Part shown: positions 39,557-50,368 of the stretch, one piece after another
Numbering within the stretch: the stretch's first letter is position 1
How the letters are laid out: every line of letters starts with the position of its first letter
Source of the DNA: Marinicella sp.
Lineage (GTDB): Bacteria; Pseudomonadota; Gammaproteobacteria; Xanthomonadales; Marinicellaceae
NCBI GenBank assembly: GCA_965230295.1
Contig: OZ246001.1
Location: 1,536,001 to 1,600,000 of the forward strand
DNA length: 64,000 nt
Direction of reading: 5' to 3'
Program-made: the position numbers and the translations under genes
The notes under the pieces: model-generated
Seen by the model: the letters and a program-made list of their open reading frames with translations, nothing else
What the model was told of the DNA's origin: nothing
Databases searched by the model: none

Positions 39557-41065
39557 TCATGAGCTTTGCTTGATCTCGCCTGACTTGATTTTAGCCATGT
39601 AATTGGTCAACTCACGTTTCACCACCGGCGCCAAGAAGTACAAACCAATTAGATTCGGAATCGACATGGCAAAAATCATGGCATCAGAAAATCCAATCAC
39701 TGCAGTCAAGCTCATGGAAGATCCAATAACGATGAAGGCCAAGAATAAAATGTTGTAAGTCATGTCGACTGCTTTACCGTGTCCGAACAGGTAATTAAAA
39801 GCACGGAGGCCATAATATGACCAAGCCAACATGGTAGAAAAGGCAAACAACACAGCCGCAACGGTTAATACATACGGGAACCAAGAAATGGCTGAACCAA
39901 AGGCCGCAGATGTGAGGGCTATGCCTTGACCTGAAGTAGGCGCCTCAGGAATGAAACCGGCAATACCAATCACCAAAGCAGTGATGGTACAAACAATCAC
40001 TGTATCAATAAATGGCTCATACAAGGCAACCAACCCTTCTGTTACGGGATGATCTGTTTTAACGGCTGAATGCGCAATCGACGCCGAACCAATACCGGCT
40101 TCATTCGAGAACGCAGCCCGTTGGAAACCAACGATTAACACACCCACCAAACCGCCGAAAGCAGACTGGGTTGAAAATGCACCATCATAAATGGCGCCAA
40201 AAGCAGCAGGCACATGTTCAATGTTCATCAAAATAACAATCAAGCCCGCCACCACATATAAAATACCCATGAACGGTACCAGGCGAGAGGTGACTTTGCC
40301 GATGCTTTTGATGCCACCAATAATGGTCACACCAACCAGCGCAGCAACCACCACACCAAATACCCACCCATTGTTGGCCAGGAATGATTCTTCACCACCC
40401 GTGACACTGACCACTTGTTCTAAGGCCTGATTGACCTGGAACATGTTGCCACCACCGAATGAACCACCGATACAACAGATGGCAAAAACCACTGCCAAAA
40501 CTTTACCAAATCCAGCCATGCCTTTTTCTGCAAAACCTTTGGTCAGGTAACGCATGGGTCCACCATGCACATGACCGTTTGGTAACACATCACGGTATTT
40601 CACCCCTAAGGTACACTCAACGAACTTGGTAGACATGCCTAATAAGCCGCAGACGATCATCCAAAAAGTGGCTCCAGCACCACCAATGCCAACGGCAGCA
40701 GCCACACCGGCAATGTTACCCAAACCAACCGTGCCCGACAGTGCCGTAGACAAGGCTTGGAAGTGGGTCACCTCACCCGGTGCATTGGAGTAGTCATACT
40801 TACCTCGGATCAAAGCAAAACCATGGCGGAATGATCTCAGGTTGATGAATTTAAAATAAAAGGTAAAAAAGGTAGCTGCCACCACCAACCAGATAACAAC
40901 CCATGGGACTGTGGTCCCAAATAAGGGAATCTGCATGAAGATGAAGTTGGTAAATTTACCCAAATAAGGGCCGACAGCATTGTTGATTTTTTCATCCAGA
41001 CTTTGTGCTTGTACAAAACCAGAAATCGATAAAAGCAAAACAGCAAGTTTTAATTTAATGTTCAT
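39557..41065 (-). CDS. Alanine/glycine:cation symporter (AGCS family), tandem paralog
   Basis: Same AGCS motifs as the neighbour. Likely start MNIKLKL at 41065. Confidence 0.95.
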   Translation of the reverse strand: MNIKLKLAVLLLSISGFVQAQSLDEKINNAVGPYLGKFTNFIFMQIPLFGTTVPWVVIWLVVAATFFTFYFKFINLRSFRHGFALIRGKYDYSNAPGEVTHFQALSTALSGTVGLGNIAGVAAAVGIGGAGATFWMIVCGLLGMSTKFVECTLGVKYRDVLPNGHVHGGPMRYLTKGFAEKGMAGFGKVLAVVFAICCIGGSFGGGNMFQVNQALEQVVSVTGGEESFLANNGWVFGVVVAALVGVTIIGGIKSIGKVTSRLVPFMGILYVVAGLIVILMNIEHVPAAFGAIYDGAFSTQSAFGGLVGVLIVGFQRAAFSNEAGIGSASIAHSAVKTDHPVTEGLVALYEPFIDTVIVCTITALVIGIAGFIPEAPTSGQGIALTSAAFGSAISWFPYVLTVAAVLFAFSTMLAWSYYGLRAFNYLFGHGKAVDMTYNILFLAFIVIGSSMSLTAVIGFSDAMIFAMSIPNLIGLYFLAPVVKRELTNYMAKIKSGEIKQSS

Positions 41066-41183
41066 ATGGTTCCCAAAATGATTAGCAGAATGGTCACAGT
41101 AGTTTGTTGTTATTTTTAGCCACTGCACACCGAAAATTCGGACATCATCTTAACTGGTTTTCGGCAGTAAGGGTAGGACAAAG

Positions 41184-41630
41184 CTATTTTTTCAATTCAA
41201 TGGTCAGTTCATCACCCGGTTTAAAACCATATTTTTCACTCAACCCGGCATTGATTTCCAACACATATTTGGCTGGTTTAGTACTCGGATAATTGGGACA
41301 ACGAGAAGTGGTGTTCTTACAGGGTGGTGTTTTTTCACTGATGCTGACCAAAATTCTGTTTTCATCAAAATACAAAATATCCAAAGGTATCAAAGTGTTT
41401 TTCATCCAAAAAGCTCGCCGATAAGCATCTGGAAAAATAAAAAGCATGCCCGCATCATCAGCCAATTTTTCTCTAAACATCAGGCCCATGGCTCGGCTGT
41501 TGTTGTCATCAGCCACTTCAACTAAAAATGATTGGCCTTTCAAAGTCACTCGGTTTTGGTTCTGTTGGCAACCCGTCAAAAGCAAAATCAACAGCACCAT
41601 TGGGATTATTTTTTTTATCATCAGAGACAT
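41184..41630 (-). CDS. DUF192-family (lipo)protein
   Basis: GLMFRE...GMLFIF...FWMKNTLIPLDI...YVLEINAG, with an LTGC lipobox. Start uncertain. Confidence 0.88.
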   Translation of the reverse strand: MSLMIKKIIPMVLLILLLTGCQQNQNRVTLKGQSFLVEVADDNNSRAMGLMFREKLADDAGMLFIFPDAYRRAFWMKNTLIPLDILYFDENRILVSISEKTPPCKNTTSRCPNYPSTKPAKYVLEINAGLSEKYGFKPGDELTIELKK

Positions 41631-41705
41631 TTTTTTAAAAAGTAAACTGGAATTTATCACTTAACAAAGCTAAACTCAATACAAGTTAATTGATAGGGTT
41701 TTCAA

Positions 41706-42743
41706 GTGGATATAGCCGAGTTATTAGCCTTTACCGTAAAAAACAAAGCATCAGATTTGCATTTGTCGGCAGGATTACCACCCATGATTCGTGTGGATGG
41801 GGACGTACGAAGAATTAATTTGCCACCTTTGGAACACAAAGAGTTGCATGACATGATTTACGACATCATGAATGATTATCAACGCAAAGAGTTCGAAGAG
41901 ACCTTTGAGATTGATTTTTCATTTGAAATTCCAGGTTTGGCCCGTTTCAGGGTAAATGCCTTCAATCAAAACCGTGGTTGTGGCGGTGTATTCCGGACCA
42001 TTCCAACAGAAATTTTGACCTTTGAGGATTTGAACTGTCCTGCCATATTCAAAGAACTCATTGATGTGCCCAGAGGCTTGATTCTGGTAACCGGTCCGAC
42101 CGGTTCCGGTAAATCCACCACCCTGGCAGCCATGATTGATTATTTAAACAAAAAAGAACATGGTCATATTTTAACCATTGAGGACCCGATAGAATTTGTA
42201 CACACAAGTAACAAATGTCTGATCAATCAACGTGAGGTACATCGGGACACCAAGAGTTTTGAAAACGCCTTACGCTCCGCCTTGCGTGAAGATCCAGACA
42301 TCATCCTGGTGGGTGAGTTGCGGGACCTGGAAACCATTCGCTTGGCACTGACTGCAGCAGAAACGGGTCACTTGGTGTTTGGTACCTTGCACACCACCTC
42401 AGCGGCCAAAACCATTGACCGGATCATTGATGTGTTTCCTGCCGGTGAAAAACCGATGGTGCGATCCATGCTTTCCGAATCATTGCGGGCGGTGGTGGCA
42501 CAAACCCTGATCAAAAGGGTTGGTGGTGGCCGAGTGGCTGCCCACGAAATCATGGTGGGTATACCAGCGATCAGGAACTTAATTCGAGAAGACAAAGTGG
42601 CTCAAATGTATTCGTCCATCCAAACCGGTCAATCGGTTGGTATGCAGACTTTGGACCAGTGTTTGATTGAACTGGTGAGAAAAGGCTTGATCTCTAAAGC
42701 ACAAGCAAGATCAAGGGCAGTGAAGAAGGCAGATTTTGATTGA
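41706..42743 (+). CDS. pilT: Type IV pilus retraction ATPase PilT
   Basis: ASDLHLS, GPTGSGKSTT, LREDPD and AIRNLIRE. Confidence 0.97.
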   Translation: MDIAELLAFTVKNKASDLHLSAGLPPMIRVDGDVRRINLPPLEHKELHDMIYDIMNDYQRKEFEETFEIDFSFEIPGLARFRVNAFNQNRGCGGVFRTIPTEILTFEDLNCPAIFKELIDVPRGLILVTGPTGSGKSTTLAAMIDYLNKKEHGHILTIEDPIEFVHTSNKCLINQREVHRDTKSFENALRSALREDPDIILVGELRDLETIRLALTAAETGHLVFGTLHTTSAAKTIDRIIDVFPAGEKPMVRSMLSESLRAVVAQTLIKRVGGGRVAAHEIMVGIPAIRNLIREDKVAQMYSSIQTGQSVGMQTLDQCLIELVRKGLISKAQARSRAVKKADFD

Positions 42744-42786
42744 TCTGGTTCACTGATTTGAATAACCGTACAACAGAGGTATAACC

Positions 42787-43908
42787 ATGGACTTTAATTC
42801 GTATTTAAAATTGATGGTACATAAAAAGGCGTCTGACCTTTTTATCACAGCCAATTTGGCACCAAGTATTAAAATTCATGGCCGGGTGATTCCCATCACC
42901 CAGCAGCCACTGACCAAGGCCCAGGCGCGAGATATGGTCACCGGCATCATGTCGCCTTATCAGAAAGAAGAATTCGAGCGGACGCACGAATGTAACTTCG
43001 CCATCGGAGTGTCATCGGTGGGTCGTTTCAGGGTCAGTGCCTTTTACCAAAGAAACGCTGTTGGTATGGTGATTCGTCGGGTTGAAACCAAAATCCCAAC
43101 TTTTGAGTCTTTGAAATTACCAGAGGTGTTAAAAGAACTGTCATTAACCAAACGTGGCATCATTATTTTTGTGGGTGGTACCGGTACTGGTAAATCCACC
43201 TCACTGGCTGCGATGGTGGGCTACCGCAATGTGAACACCACCGGTCACATCATCACCATCGAAGACCCCATAGAATATGTACATGAACATCAAGGCTGTG
43301 TGATCACCCAGCGAGAAGTTGGCCTGGATACAGAGTCATTTGAAGTGGCATTGAAAAACACCCTGCGACAAGCCCCAGACGTGATCATGATCGGTGAGAT
43401 CAGGACCTCTGAGACCATGCAACAGGCGGTCACCTTTGCTGAAACCGGACACTTGTGTTTGGCCACTTTACATGCCAACAATGCCAACCAGGCCTTGGAT
43501 CGGGTGTTACACTTTTTCCCCAAAGATGCCAGAGAACAACTGTTGATGGATTTGTCTTTGAACCTGCGTGCCATGGTCGCACAACAGTTGATTCCAACAC
43601 CCGATGGCAACGGCAGACGGGCAGCTGTAGAAATTCTGATCAACTCACCTTTGGCACAGGAGTACATCCGTAAAGGCAAAATTGAGAAACTCAAGGATTT
43701 GATGAAAAAATCCACCAACATGGGCATGCAAACCTTTGACCAAGCCATGTTTGACTTGTACCAAGCCGGTGAAATCACTTATGAGGATGCACTCAGGCAT
43801 GCTGATTCAGCCAATGAAGTGCGACTGGCCATTAAATTGTCACAAGGTGGTGATGCCGACTCCTTGTCGATGGGTATGGACGGTATTGGTTTGGAAGAAG
43901 ATAAGTAA
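42787..43908 (+). CDS. pilU: Type IV pilus ATPase PilU
   Basis: ASDLFIT, GTGKSTS and LRQAPD; follows pilT. Confidence 0.95.
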   Translation: MDFNSYLKLMVHKKASDLFITANLAPSIKIHGRVIPITQQPLTKAQARDMVTGIMSPYQKEEFERTHECNFAIGVSSVGRFRVSAFYQRNAVGMVIRRVETKIPTFESLKLPEVLKELSLTKRGIIIFVGGTGTGKSTSLAAMVGYRNVNTTGHIITIEDPIEYVHEHQGCVITQREVGLDTESFEVALKNTLRQAPDVIMIGEIRTSETMQQAVTFAETGHLCLATLHANNANQALDRVLHFFPKDAREQLLMDLSLNLRAMVAQQLIPTPDGNGRRAAVEILINSPLAQEYIRKGKIEKLKDLMKKSTNMGMQTFDQAMFDLYQAGEITYEDALRHADSANEVRLAIKLSQGGDADSLSMGMDGIGLEEDK

Positions 43909-43926
43909 GCCTGTACCGAATAAAGC

Positions 43927-44298
43927 TCACTTCGACTCCGCTCAGTGAGCGGTTAAATGATAGAAAACCCGGTTCAATGTCCGGGTTTTTTATTGCATCC
44001 CGTCATTGCGGCGAAGGCCGCAATCCAGCGTCTTTATTTCACAATGCAATGTATGAATTTATTGCAGCTTTAAACGTATTTCTGAAAGACACTGGATGCC
44101 GGCCTTCGCCGGCATGACAAATCAGTTGGGGTCATCACCCTGAATAGGAAAACTGTGTCTGTGAAGCTAATTTGCTTGGCTTCGACTAAGCCTGTCATGA
44201 GTTTGTCGAATGGCTCAGCCAGCGGTAATCCGTTCACTGAGCGGAGTCGAAGTGAACTGAACAAGACAATAAAAAACCCGGTATCAAACCGGGCTTTT
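43927..44298. repeat. Intergenic mosaic of REP-like palindromes and two terminators
   Basis: Perfect 22-bp inverted pair 43927-43948 / 44234-44255; pair gtcattgcggcgaaggccgcaatccag (44002-44028) / ctggatgccggccttcgccggcatgac (44092-44118); terminators at about 43964-43991 and 44270-44298. Confidence 0.85.
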
Positions 44299-44323
44299 AT
44301 CGGATTCGTATTCACTCTTTTGA

Positions 44324-46258
44324 TCAGAAGCGACCCCTCAGACCAATGGAATAAGACGCACCGGGACGGGCATAACCCAACACCTCTTCATAATCTTCAT
44401 CAAACAGATTTTGGCCTTTTAAATACACTTGGTAATCCTCAGACAACTGCCAGTTGAAGGTCAAATCAAATGTGGTATAAGCATCCAATTTTACATTCGA
44501 TGAAACAAAAGTCACTGGATCAAAAAACACGTCCAACTGGTCGCTTTGGTAATTCACCTGGGCATACAGTTGTGCACGATCTCCGGCAAAGCGGTAATCA
44601 ACACTCAAATGAGCCATGTTTTCTGGTCGACGCACTTCTTCTGCATCACGACCATCGCTGCCAGGCTCAGTGGCATCGGTGTACGTGTAATTAAAGTTGA
44701 AGCCCAAATCTGGTCTGATTTGGCCAGAGTAATTCAACTCCAGGCCTTGTCGTTCGCTGTCGCCCGCTTGATTGGCTGCCGTAAACAAGCCGGAAGCTGC
44801 ATCAAACACAAAACCGTTGATTTCATTGGTCAGGTCTTGGCTGAAATAAACCACTTCAAGCGTGTTCTGCTCCCATGACTTGATCAAACCAATTTCAAAG
44901 GCATCTGATTCTTCTGGCTCCAGCTCTGGGTTACCCATGAAGTTGGCTGGAAAAAATCCAAACCGCTCGATGAATGACGGTGCTTTGCTTCCAGTGCCGA
45001 ATGAACCACGCAGGCGTAAATCATGATCAAATTGATACGAGGCTGCCAATTTATAGTTGCTGACGTCCTCGAATTTGTTAAAAGTGTCATTGCGAGCTGA
45101 CAAGCTCCAGTTAAACCGGTCATTGACTTGTTGCTGGTATTCGCCGGCCAAGCCAGTGCTGTGATAACTTTGTTGTTGGTTGGGGTCTCCAAAAGGCGAA
45201 GCTTGTCCACGTTGAACAAAGTCAACGGCTCGATGATCTGCCACAAAAGAAACGCGATGCTGGTTGCGCTCACCTAACCAGAATGTGCTGTTGAACTTGT
45301 ATTCATCTGTTTCTGCAGCGGTTGAACTGGTCACACCCAAGCCATGGGTGAAATTATCTGCATCGACATCAGTCCATTGATATGACAATGAAGACTGCCA
45401 TTGCTCATTGTGGTTGAAATCAGCCTGTAATTGACCGCTGTTTTGTGTTCTTTCTGTCCACAAATCAGCATCTGTTGGTAAGCCGGTCACAACAAAGTCA
45501 GTGCCATCGAATTCATTCAATGCATCACTGTGACGCAGTGACAAACCCAGTCCAACAGCCTCGGTGACATCAACCCCTACTTTGACATGCCCAACCAGGT
45601 TTTCAAACCCGTCTTCTTCAGGCCCTTGTCTTGAGATGTTGCTACCAGATGAGTCCAAATAGTTAACACCGGCGTCCAGCCGCCATTGCCCTTGATTCAC
45701 CCCACCATTGACAGCCAGTCTTTTGGTGTTGAATGAACCCAGTTCTGAATCGAAATTGAAGTTATTGTTGTTGGATGTTTTGGTGATGATGTTGATGACT
45801 GCGCCCACTGCATCAGTGCCCCAAATGGCACTTTGTGGGCCACGGATCACTTCGATGCGTTCAACATCATCCAGCAAAGCATAATTGAATAAGAATTCAT
45901 CTCCCGCACTGGGGTCATTGACCCGTACACCATCAATGAGTACCAACACGTGGTTGGCTTCAGAGCCTCGAACCCGCACTTGGGTTTGGGTGCCAGGACC
46001 TCCTGATTGATTGACTGCAAAACCAGGTACTTTACGCAGAACATCAGATAAATAAGTTGCTTGTGCAGCAGCAATTTCTGCTGCTGTGATCACGGTTAAT
46101 GAACCTGCAAAATGGTCTGATTCAATGGGTGCTAAACCACCACTGACAATCAGGTTGGGTAAATCAGCCAAAGGGGCTGCTGAATCGGTGTCTTGTGCTT
46201 GAACTGCAACAGACAAGGCCAACAAACCAGTGGCCACATGGTATTTTTTGAATTTCAT
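44324..46258 (-). CDS. btuB: TonB-dependent receptor, BtuB-like
   Basis: Plug motifs VRGSEANHVLVLIDG and RIEVIRGPQSAIWG, C-terminal F, and an upstream cobalamin riboswitch. Start MKFKK at 46258. Confidence 0.85.
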   Translation of the reverse strand: MKFKKYHVATGLLALSVAVQAQDTDSAAPLADLPNLIVSGGLAPIESDHFAGSLTVITAAEIAAAQATYLSDVLRKVPGFAVNQSGGPGTQTQVRVRGSEANHVLVLIDGVRVNDPSAGDEFLFNYALLDDVERIEVIRGPQSAIWGTDAVGAVINIITKTSNNNNFNFDSELGSFNTKRLAVNGGVNQGQWRLDAGVNYLDSSGSNISRQGPEEDGFENLVGHVKVGVDVTEAVGLGLSLRHSDALNEFDGTDFVVTGLPTDADLWTERTQNSGQLQADFNHNEQWQSSLSYQWTDVDADNFTHGLGVTSSTAAETDEYKFNSTFWLGERNQHRVSFVADHRAVDFVQRGQASPFGDPNQQQSYHSTGLAGEYQQQVNDRFNWSLSARNDTFNKFEDVSNYKLAASYQFDHDLRLRGSFGTGSKAPSFIERFGFFPANFMGNPELEPEESDAFEIGLIKSWEQNTLEVVYFSQDLTNEINGFVFDAASGLFTAANQAGDSERQGLELNYSGQIRPDLGFNFNYTYTDATEPGSDGRDAEEVRRPENMAHLSVDYRFAGDRAQLYAQVNYQSDQLDVFFDPVTFVSSNVKLDAYTTFDLTFNWQLSEDYQVYLKGQNLFDEDYEEVLGYARPGASYSIGLRGRF

Positions 46259-46373
46259 TTGTACTCCTGTTCCACCCGAACATGAAGGGATCTTGATGCT
46301 GATCACACAGTTGATTGATATCAGCAACAAAAAGGTTTAAATCAAGCGCCAAGCGCTCATGAATAAGCCTCCT

Positions 46374-46671
46374 CAGGTCGGTCTCCGGACTCGAAGTAAG
46401 GATAGTTCCGTGGCCACTTCTTTCACCGGTGGTGAAAGTCGTAACCACTTCCCATACTTGAATGAGCCGCCTTTTTGTCTCGCTGAGCGATTCAAAAAGT
46501 CGGCATGCTTCTTGCATGGGTTTAACCATCCAAAATCAACGGCCTTCCCATGATAATCACAGTGGCGTGTTCGTTGATCGTTTACTACTTACCGTTGCGG
46601 GGGCAGTGTTGGCTTTGAAATAGATGATTTCGCACCGACTTCCCGTTTAACCTGACTGATGTCAGGACCTG
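46374..46671 (-). promoter_or_regulatory. Cobalamin riboswitch with a large internal insertion
   Basis: Minus strand reads CAGGTC..AAACGGGAAGTCGGTGCG..CTGCCCCCGCAACGGTAA..GCCACTG..GGGAAGG..GAGTCCGGAGACCGACCTG. Confidence 0.9.
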
Positions 46672-46892
46672 CAGGTAGGTGCGCACATGCTATATAGAGC
46701 CTGCTCAGAAGTCAATAAACAATTGATTTGTCTGTTGTAGAGTGACCTTTGTGGGCTGTTTTGATTGCTATTATGGGTTTCTAGATAAGCAGTGAAGTGG
46801 TCTTCAGGTGTGGGCTTTTGTTGAATGACCCGGCACAAACCCCTGTCACCTACGTATTAGAAGAGCGACAGGGTGCGACTTAGACTTATTAT

Positions 46893-47234
<342 letters not shown>

Positions 47235-47240
47235 TCATTC

Positions 47241-47903
47241 CTACCAGGGTAATTGCTCGCCTTCAGCATGCCAGAAAGTGCCCGTATTTTCTATACGTAA
47301 TTGTGCGATCCTATCAAGTAATCCGTTGGCAGCATGCTGGGTATCTACAAAGCCATTGTGCCCTGTCATATCAGTCTTCACATAACCAGGGTGCAACAAA
47401 CCCACAGCAATCCCTTTGGGCTTGAGGTCAACTGCCAGACTGGTGCCTGCCATGTTAACGGCTGCTTTGCTCATGCGGTAACCGTAGTGACCACCAGAAT
47501 CATTGTCTGCCATCGAGCCCATGCGACTGGTCACTATGGCCACTTTCGCACCAACAACTAAATGAGACAACAAGGCTTCGGTCACCATCAAAGGACCGAT
47601 GGCGTTGACCTGGTATTGTTGCATCACCGTTTGGTAATCAATGTCACCCAGGGCATTGCGAGCCAACACACCGGCATTGTTGATCAAAACATCAATTTTT
47701 TCATCGCCCAAGCGCTCTGACAACTGTTGAACCGATGACAGGTCCGACACATCACATTGGTCAATAACCCGCACCCCCAAGCCGTCCAAAGCTGGACTGC
47801 TGGAGCGACAAACCGCAATCACCTGATGGCCTTGATCCTTGATTTGTCGACACAATTCCAAACCAATGCCTCGATTGGCTCCAGTGACTAAATACGTTTG
47901 CAT
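47241..47903 (-). CDS. Short-chain dehydrogenase (C-signal/CsgA-like SDR)
   Basis: TGANRGIG, NNAG, YRMSKAA and LHPGYVKTDM. Confidence 0.92.
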   Translation of the reverse strand: MQTYLVTGANRGIGLELCRQIKDQGHQVIAVCRSSSPALDGLGVRVIDQCDVSDLSSVQQLSERLGDEKIDVLINNAGVLARNALGDIDYQTVMQQYQVNAIGPLMVTEALLSHLVVGAKVAIVTSRMGSMADNDSGGHYGYRMSKAAVNMAGTSLAVDLKPKGIAVGLLHPGYVKTDMTGHNGFVDTQHAANGLLDRIAQLRIENTGTFWHAEGEQLPW

Positions 47904-48043
47904 GGTTAACTCCTGATGTTGCTGCTGGTAAATGATTCCATAAACATGGTCATGATTACACTGAAATCAATGCCAGATGTTATAAATGAAACCAAATTGT
48001 GAACCCTGTGACAGCCCGTTGCCAGCCGAATCACCACATGCTT

Positions 48044-48628
48044 ACATATAAGGAATGTTCTTGGGGCTTCATTCTGGCTCATGGTCTGAGCAGTTGCTTC
48101 GCACTGCATGTCTGTTTCAGACAAAAGAGAAAGCGACTGCTTACATGGATGTAAGTATGCAGCGATAGCAGGCAGGAATTGTTCCCAACAATTCTCTGCA
48201 TTCACCCCGTCCTGGGGATCGATGTGGTAGCTGCCGAGGCGAACATGACTTGCTACCTCGCACGCACTGCGGCATTCAAATCGGGCTTCTTTATCTTCGA
48301 TAAAACCGCCCAACTTTCATTGCCTGTGCTATAACGCCATTCACATAAGGCTTCTTGACTTCGTCAAATCACCATATGCTCATTGGCTATTCTCTTCGCC
48401 TCTGATTGGCTTACATGGAAGTAAGTCCTCTGAGGAGGCAGGATGCCGGTATCAGAGGTGACTACATGGATGTAGGTCTGCCGCGATAGCTAGGAGCGAT
48501 AGCGGCCGCTATAACAAAAGCTCACGGCTAATCAATCATTACATCAAGGCTTCTTTGCTTTGCAAAATCGCCATGATTGCATGATTTGCCTAACCAGCTC
48601 GACGGGTCAAGCTGCTCAGCAGCTTTCC
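48044..48628. repeat. Dispersed modular repeat element, expanded copy
   Basis: Blocks 48050-48074, 48120-48137, 48238-48261, 48392-48407 and 48592-48628 match the reverse complement of 5432-5586 in order, separated by hairpin-rich inserts. Confidence 0.85.
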
Positions 48629-48735
48629 TTAGTTACGAATGCACGTTCTGCGATGAATGTAATGTCCAAACCTTCAACTTTGTCTGCCCTGATTGTGGCG
48701 GGGAATTGGTCAAGCGACCCAGTCGAATCAAGTCT
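48629..48735 (+). pseudogene. DUF1272-family remnant (5'-truncated, frameshifted)
   Basis: Reads SYECTFCDECNVQTFNFVCPDCGG and then, after a frameshift, ELVKRPSR. Begins immediately after the repeat element. Confidence 0.65.
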
Positions 48736-48761
48736 GATTGAGCCGCTTTAAGGTGTTTGAA

Positions 48762-49475
48762 TTAATCGAAGAAGTTGCTTTTAACTTCGTCGATATCGGT
48801 GTGACGCACGTCTTTACCAATCACCAAATAAATGATGTTTTCGCATATATTCTTTGCGTGATCACCGATGCGCTCCAAAGACTGTGCGCATTGGCTGAGT
48901 TTTAAGTAAGGTTTTACCTTATTGGGGTCTTTAACCATGTGTTTGATTAGGTGCCCATTCAGTTCATCAAAATGGGCATCGATCACCTGGTCTTTTTGTG
49001 CTATTTTTATAGCTTCTTCCGCATCTAACCGCGCCAAGGCATTCAAAGACCCAGACAAATTGGCCAACACTTCTTGTCCCAAATGATCGATCTCCTGATA
49101 GTATTTCGATTGAAAATCACGCTTCATTAATTTTTTTAAAAGGCGTGCCATTTTTTCTGTTTCATCTCCTATCCGTTCAATGTCGGTAATGCTTTTCATC
49201 ACCGCCACAATCAAACGCAAGTCACTGGCTGCTGGCTGCCTGCGCGCGATGATGCGGGTACATTCTTGATCCAAGTCCACTTCCATCTGATCAATGTCAT
49301 CACCATGAGACAACAGTTCTTCTGCCAAATCCTTATTGTTTTCAACCATCGCCGTTAAAGCCATGCGCAACTGACTCTCGGCTTTACCACCCATTTTTAA
49401 CAGGTGGTTTCTGATGTCTTCCAATTCAGCGTTGTACTCACTGGATGTGTGTGTTTCAAATTCAAATTGCTCCAT
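48762..49475 (-). CDS. phoU: Phosphate signalling protein PhoU
   Basis: IIARRQPAASDLR, DIERIGD and ERIGDHAKNICE. Confidence 0.96.
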   Translation of the reverse strand: MEQFEFETHTSSEYNAELEDIRNHLLKMGGKAESQLRMALTAMVENNKDLAEELLSHGDDIDQMEVDLDQECTRIIARRQPAASDLRLIVAVMKSITDIERIGDETEKMARLLKKLMKRDFQSKYYQEIDHLGQEVLANLSGSLNALARLDAEEAIKIAQKDQVIDAHFDELNGHLIKHMVKDPNKVKPYLKLSQCAQSLERIGDHAKNICENIIYLVIGKDVRHTDIDEVKSNFFD

Positions 49476-49486
49476 TATCAGCTCCT

Positions 49487-50362
49487 TTACCCGAATCGAC
49501 CGGTGATGTATTTTTCAGTTAAATCATGTGCAGGGTTGGTGAAGATTTGATCGGTGTCTCCGACTTCAATCAACCGACCCATATGGAAATATGCCGTGCG
49601 TTGTGAAACCCGTGCTGCTTGTTGCATGGAGTGTGTCACAATCACAATGGTGAAATTTTCCTTCAACTCATTGATCAACTCTTCAATCTTAGCTGTCGCA
49701 ATCGGGTCCAAAGCTGAAGCCGGCTCATCCATCAAAATCACCTCAGGTTGCACAGCGATGGTGCGTGCGATGCACAAACGCTGTTGCTGCCCGCCAGAAA
49801 GACCAGTACCCGGGGCATGTAATCGATCTTTGACTTCAGCAAATAAACCTGCTTTGATCAAGGAATCTTCAACCAGGTCATCCAGTTCTGCTTTGTTTCT
49901 GGTCAGGCCATGAATTCTGGGGCCATAGGCGACGTTGTCATAGATTGATTTAGGGAATGGATTGGGTTTCTGAAAAACCATACCCACCCGCGCTCTTAAC
50001 AACACCGGATCTTGTTTCTTGCTGTAGATGTTTTCATTGTCCAACAACACCTGTCCTTTAACTCGACAAATATCAATGGTGTCATTCATGCGATTCAAGG
50101 TTCGCAAGTAGGTTGATTTACCACAGCCCGAAGGACCAATCAGTGCGATCACTTCGTTGGCACCAATGTCCAAGGTGACATCATGGATGGCTTGGTTGTC
50201 AGCATAAAAAACATCAACGTTTTTGGTGCTGAATTTGGGGTTTTCACACAGCGGCTGACCCACGGTATCTGTATACTCAATGTTTAATGAGTCTTCTGTT
50301 TCAGGGTTTGATCTGACATTCATTGTTGGTTCTGCCAACTCGTTTAATACGGCTTCATTCAT
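49487..50362 (-). CDS. pstB: Phosphate ABC transporter ATPase
   Basis: [24 protein letters not shown] and YITGRFG. Confidence 0.97.
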   Translation of the reverse strand: MNEAVLNELAEPTMNVRSNPETEDSLNIEYTDTVGQPLCENPKFSTKNVDVFYADNQAIHDVTLDIGANEVIALIGPSGCGKSTYLRTLNRMNDTIDICRVKGQVLLDNENIYSKKQDPVLLRARVGMVFQKPNPFPKSIYDNVAYGPRIHGLTRNKAELDDLVEDSLIKAGLFAEVKDRLHAPGTGLSGGQQQRLCIARTIAVQPEVILMDEPASALDPIATAKIEELINELKENFTIVIVTHSMQQAARVSQRTAYFHMGRLIEVGDTDQIFTNPAHDLTEKYITGRFG

Positions 50363-50368
50363 GATACT

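Noticed and set aside
47906-48313. 135-aa minus-strand ORF
   Set aside because: It lies over the hairpin-rich repeat element and shows no protein-family signal.
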